64,000 nt of DNA, taken from contig BQFW01000002.1 of NCBI GenBank assembly GCA_020891255.1, positions 496,001 to 560,000 on the forward strand, in the 5' to 3' direction. The notes beneath the pieces are model-generated. The model had not been told where the DNA came from, did not search any database, and saw only the letters and a list, made by a program, of their open reading frames with translations. The stretch comes from Entomortierella parvispora E1425 (Eukaryota > Fungi > Mortierellomycota). Each line of letters begins with the position of its first letter. The stretch's first letter is position 1. Of this stretch, positions 61,669 to 64,000 are shown piece by piece. The translations under genes and the position numbers were made by a program.

Positions 61669-62481
61669 ATGCAGCAACAGCCACCTCAGAATTCCAACGC
61701 CATGGCTAGATCATCATCGGCATCTGTCTCAGGAACAGGACCAGCATCGGCTTCTCAGGGCTCATTCTCGCAACATCACATGACTACAACAAGTGCAGGC
61801 TCCAGCACTGGTCCCGCTGGGTCAGGTGGATACTATATTCCGCCTGCCTCTGACCTGACGACTTCCAACCATGACAAGGCTCTGGGGGTGATTGACACTG
61901 CTTTTGAACAGACAGACAGAATGCTGGACCAACGGGACATGAAGGCCTTTGGTAAGCATCTCATTCGACCACCATGCATCCCATTAATGGTACCAGGCCA
62001 GTTTATGGAGGCACAAGGAAGGACAGGGGATCTGAGATTTCATATCCTTTTCTCTTCATCTAGGTGACAACTCTGAGAGTATCTTTCAAGAGCTGATCAA
62101 GATCCGGAAAAAACAATTGGCTCTGGCGGCGAAACATATTGGGATCGAGACCATTGCGGACGAAGACAAGTCCTTGGCTCCCGATGGCAAACTCTTGGAT
62201 GCCGCTGACAAGGATGAGATTGACCCCTTGCAGTTCGCGAGGAAGGGGCAGGAATTACAGGATTTGATGGCGAGTTTAGAAGACTTGGGACGATCCATGT
62301 AAGTTTGCTCTTCCCCTTCTTAGCCCTAAAGAGATGTCTTCCCAGGTCGTCGAAATTGCGATATTGACTAGATAGCACTTTCCCGTGAAACATCTGTAGG
62401 TCTGATTTCCACGAGCTGTCCAATTCTCTTAACAAGCAGCCATTCTCAGCGTCATATTTGTCAGGATCTTCCAGGAAATAG
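61669..62481 (+). CDS. Small coiled-coil protein resembling CCDC28A/B (DUF4061); exons 61669-61951, 62064-62298, 62400-62481
   Basis: Spliced core MKAF|GDNSESIFQELIKIRKKQLALAAKH...LQDLMASLEDLGRSM|SDFH parallels the CCDC28B pattern as I recall it. Third exon inferred from GTAAGT...TAG. Confidence 0.55.
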
Positions 62482-62618
62482 TTCTACTCTTTTCTCTACA
62501 TGCCATCTATACCCGCCGTCCTTGAGTCAGTCAGCTCTAGAAATGTGCCATCAATATCCCAGGAGTCAGACGGTCTAGTAAGAAGGGATCAGCCATTGTT
62601 ATTATCTAGTCTATAGCT

Positions 62619-64000
62619 CTATAATGACAAAGATGAAGGGACGGCCATCAATGCAAGGTTCTCGAGCGAGGTCTCCTTGTCAACATAATAGACCAATTCT
62701 GCATCGAATCCGTTTTCCTTAAGGTATCGCACGCGGCCAATATCCAACAGTCGTTTGCATTGAAGACCCAGCTTTTCACGTCCTTGGAAATCCAAAGTTG
62801 GGATATGAGCGCTATCGTTCATACAAAAAAAACAAAAAAAGAAGTCAATGCAAGAAACCAAAAAAAGTGCATCAGAGCGTATAAATCTATAACAATGGCA
62901 CGATTTTTTACCTGAGCTCGTCCAATTCCTTATCAGCGAGAACCTCATGTTCGTCGTCTCCCGCACCGGTGCTATTGCTCGAGTTGGTCGAGGCTTCTTG
63001 GGTATCAGAGGGAGTGGCTGGTCGACTCTCTGTGCGCTCTGCCTGCTTTGTCTGATTAACGCAAACACCCCAACTGCTCATGCGGGTCAAATAAACGAAC
63101 TCCTTGGCACTGATTCCAATCTCCTTCAAATACTCTTGGTTGGGGTACATGTAATGGTGGCAGAGTTGGTGGCAGCAAAGCGCAATGAGAATTCCCTTGA
63201 CGGGTGAATAGAGCTGAGAGTGTTTACGCTCGCTAAGTAGATGTTGAAAAGAGTCAAGCTGTTAGCGATGCCCACAAAGGGGAGTATCGAGGAATGCAGA
63301 TCGAGTACATCCTTGACACTGAGCATACCTGTCTTGGTAGTTGGCTAGGCACTTCAAAGTGATGTCAGTGGCGCCTCCACAGAGATGCTTTGAGACCGCC
63401 ACAACTGGCTTTTTGGCCACATATTCCTGGTCCTTGGCTGACTCGGCTGCTTGTCCTTCGGTAATCTCTTCGGCTACGGCCTCATTCTTTGGGATCTCTC
63501 TCTGGGTCGCTGTGACATCCTGTCGAATTTCTGGTACCTGGGACAGATCTAAGTCCTTGATATCCATGGTATGTCGTTTGACCAAGGATTTGATCTCTTC
63601 CAAACCCAAAAGCGCACTGTCGAATTTGTTCCGGGGTGGGGTCCGGTCTACGAGGACAAACGTGTGCGTTCCATGATCGTCCACAGCAACCTTCAAGTAA
63701 TTTGAAAGTTCTCCTCTTCCTGCTCCAAACTCAACGAAACAAGTCGTTTTGTCGTCCAACATCTTTAGTCGCTCCATATGTCCAATAAGAGAAGCTTGCT
63801 GATGAGCATGCTTGATATTCTTGGTAACTTTCCTATCAAAAGGGAGCGGGCATTAGTAAGCGTTCCTAGTCCTTCTTGCTGATTTTTTTTTCAAAAGTAT
63901 AGGAGGGATCAAACGTACTTGCGTTCATCCAAGGCCGGATGGTCCAGAATCATGGTTTTGATCTCTGGGACATATTTGGCGTGGAGATCCTGAATCTTTT
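62619..64000 (-). CDS. TRM13: tRNA:m4X 2'-O-methyltransferase; 5' part outside the window
   Basis: FVEFGAGRGELS, FVLVDR, VAVSKHLCGGATD, TRMSSWGVC, CKRLLDIGRVRYL, TSLENLAL. Confidence 0.92.

Overview
Eukaryotic, intron-rich fungal genomic DNA, most likely Mortierellaceae (inferred from the gene families, the mostly 65-150 nt introns with CTRAC-type branch sites and long A/T homopolymers, and the presence of ARL8). I could build about 23 spliced or unspliced gene models by hand. The flanks are housekeeping genes: a PH-domain protein, GUP1-type MBOAT, RRG7, HAP5/NF-YC, ARL8, a septin, a peroxisomal ANT1-type carrier, an Urg1-type GTP cyclohydrolase II homolog, COX13, a BTB protein, PPN1, an F-box/LRR protein, an MFS transporter, NOP13, a CCDC28-like protein and TRM13. 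Between them (9.2-32.7 kb) lies an accessory block: six head-to-tail FAD-dependent monooxygenase paralogs, all apparently intact, with a 1856-aa NLR-like NACHT-pentapeptide-WD40 gene on the opposite strand between the first and second copies. The most unusual signals are: (i) an 80-85 nt intron that is more conserved among five monooxygenase paralogs than the exons around it and is cleanly absent from the sixth; (ii) patchwork sequence sharing among the paralogs; (iii) a shared upstream motif pair in the array; (iv) a small protein matching the animal CCDC28 pattern. No rRNA, tRNA, CRISPR array or intact transposon could be supported. All exon boundaries and family names come from manual reading and recall, not database searches.
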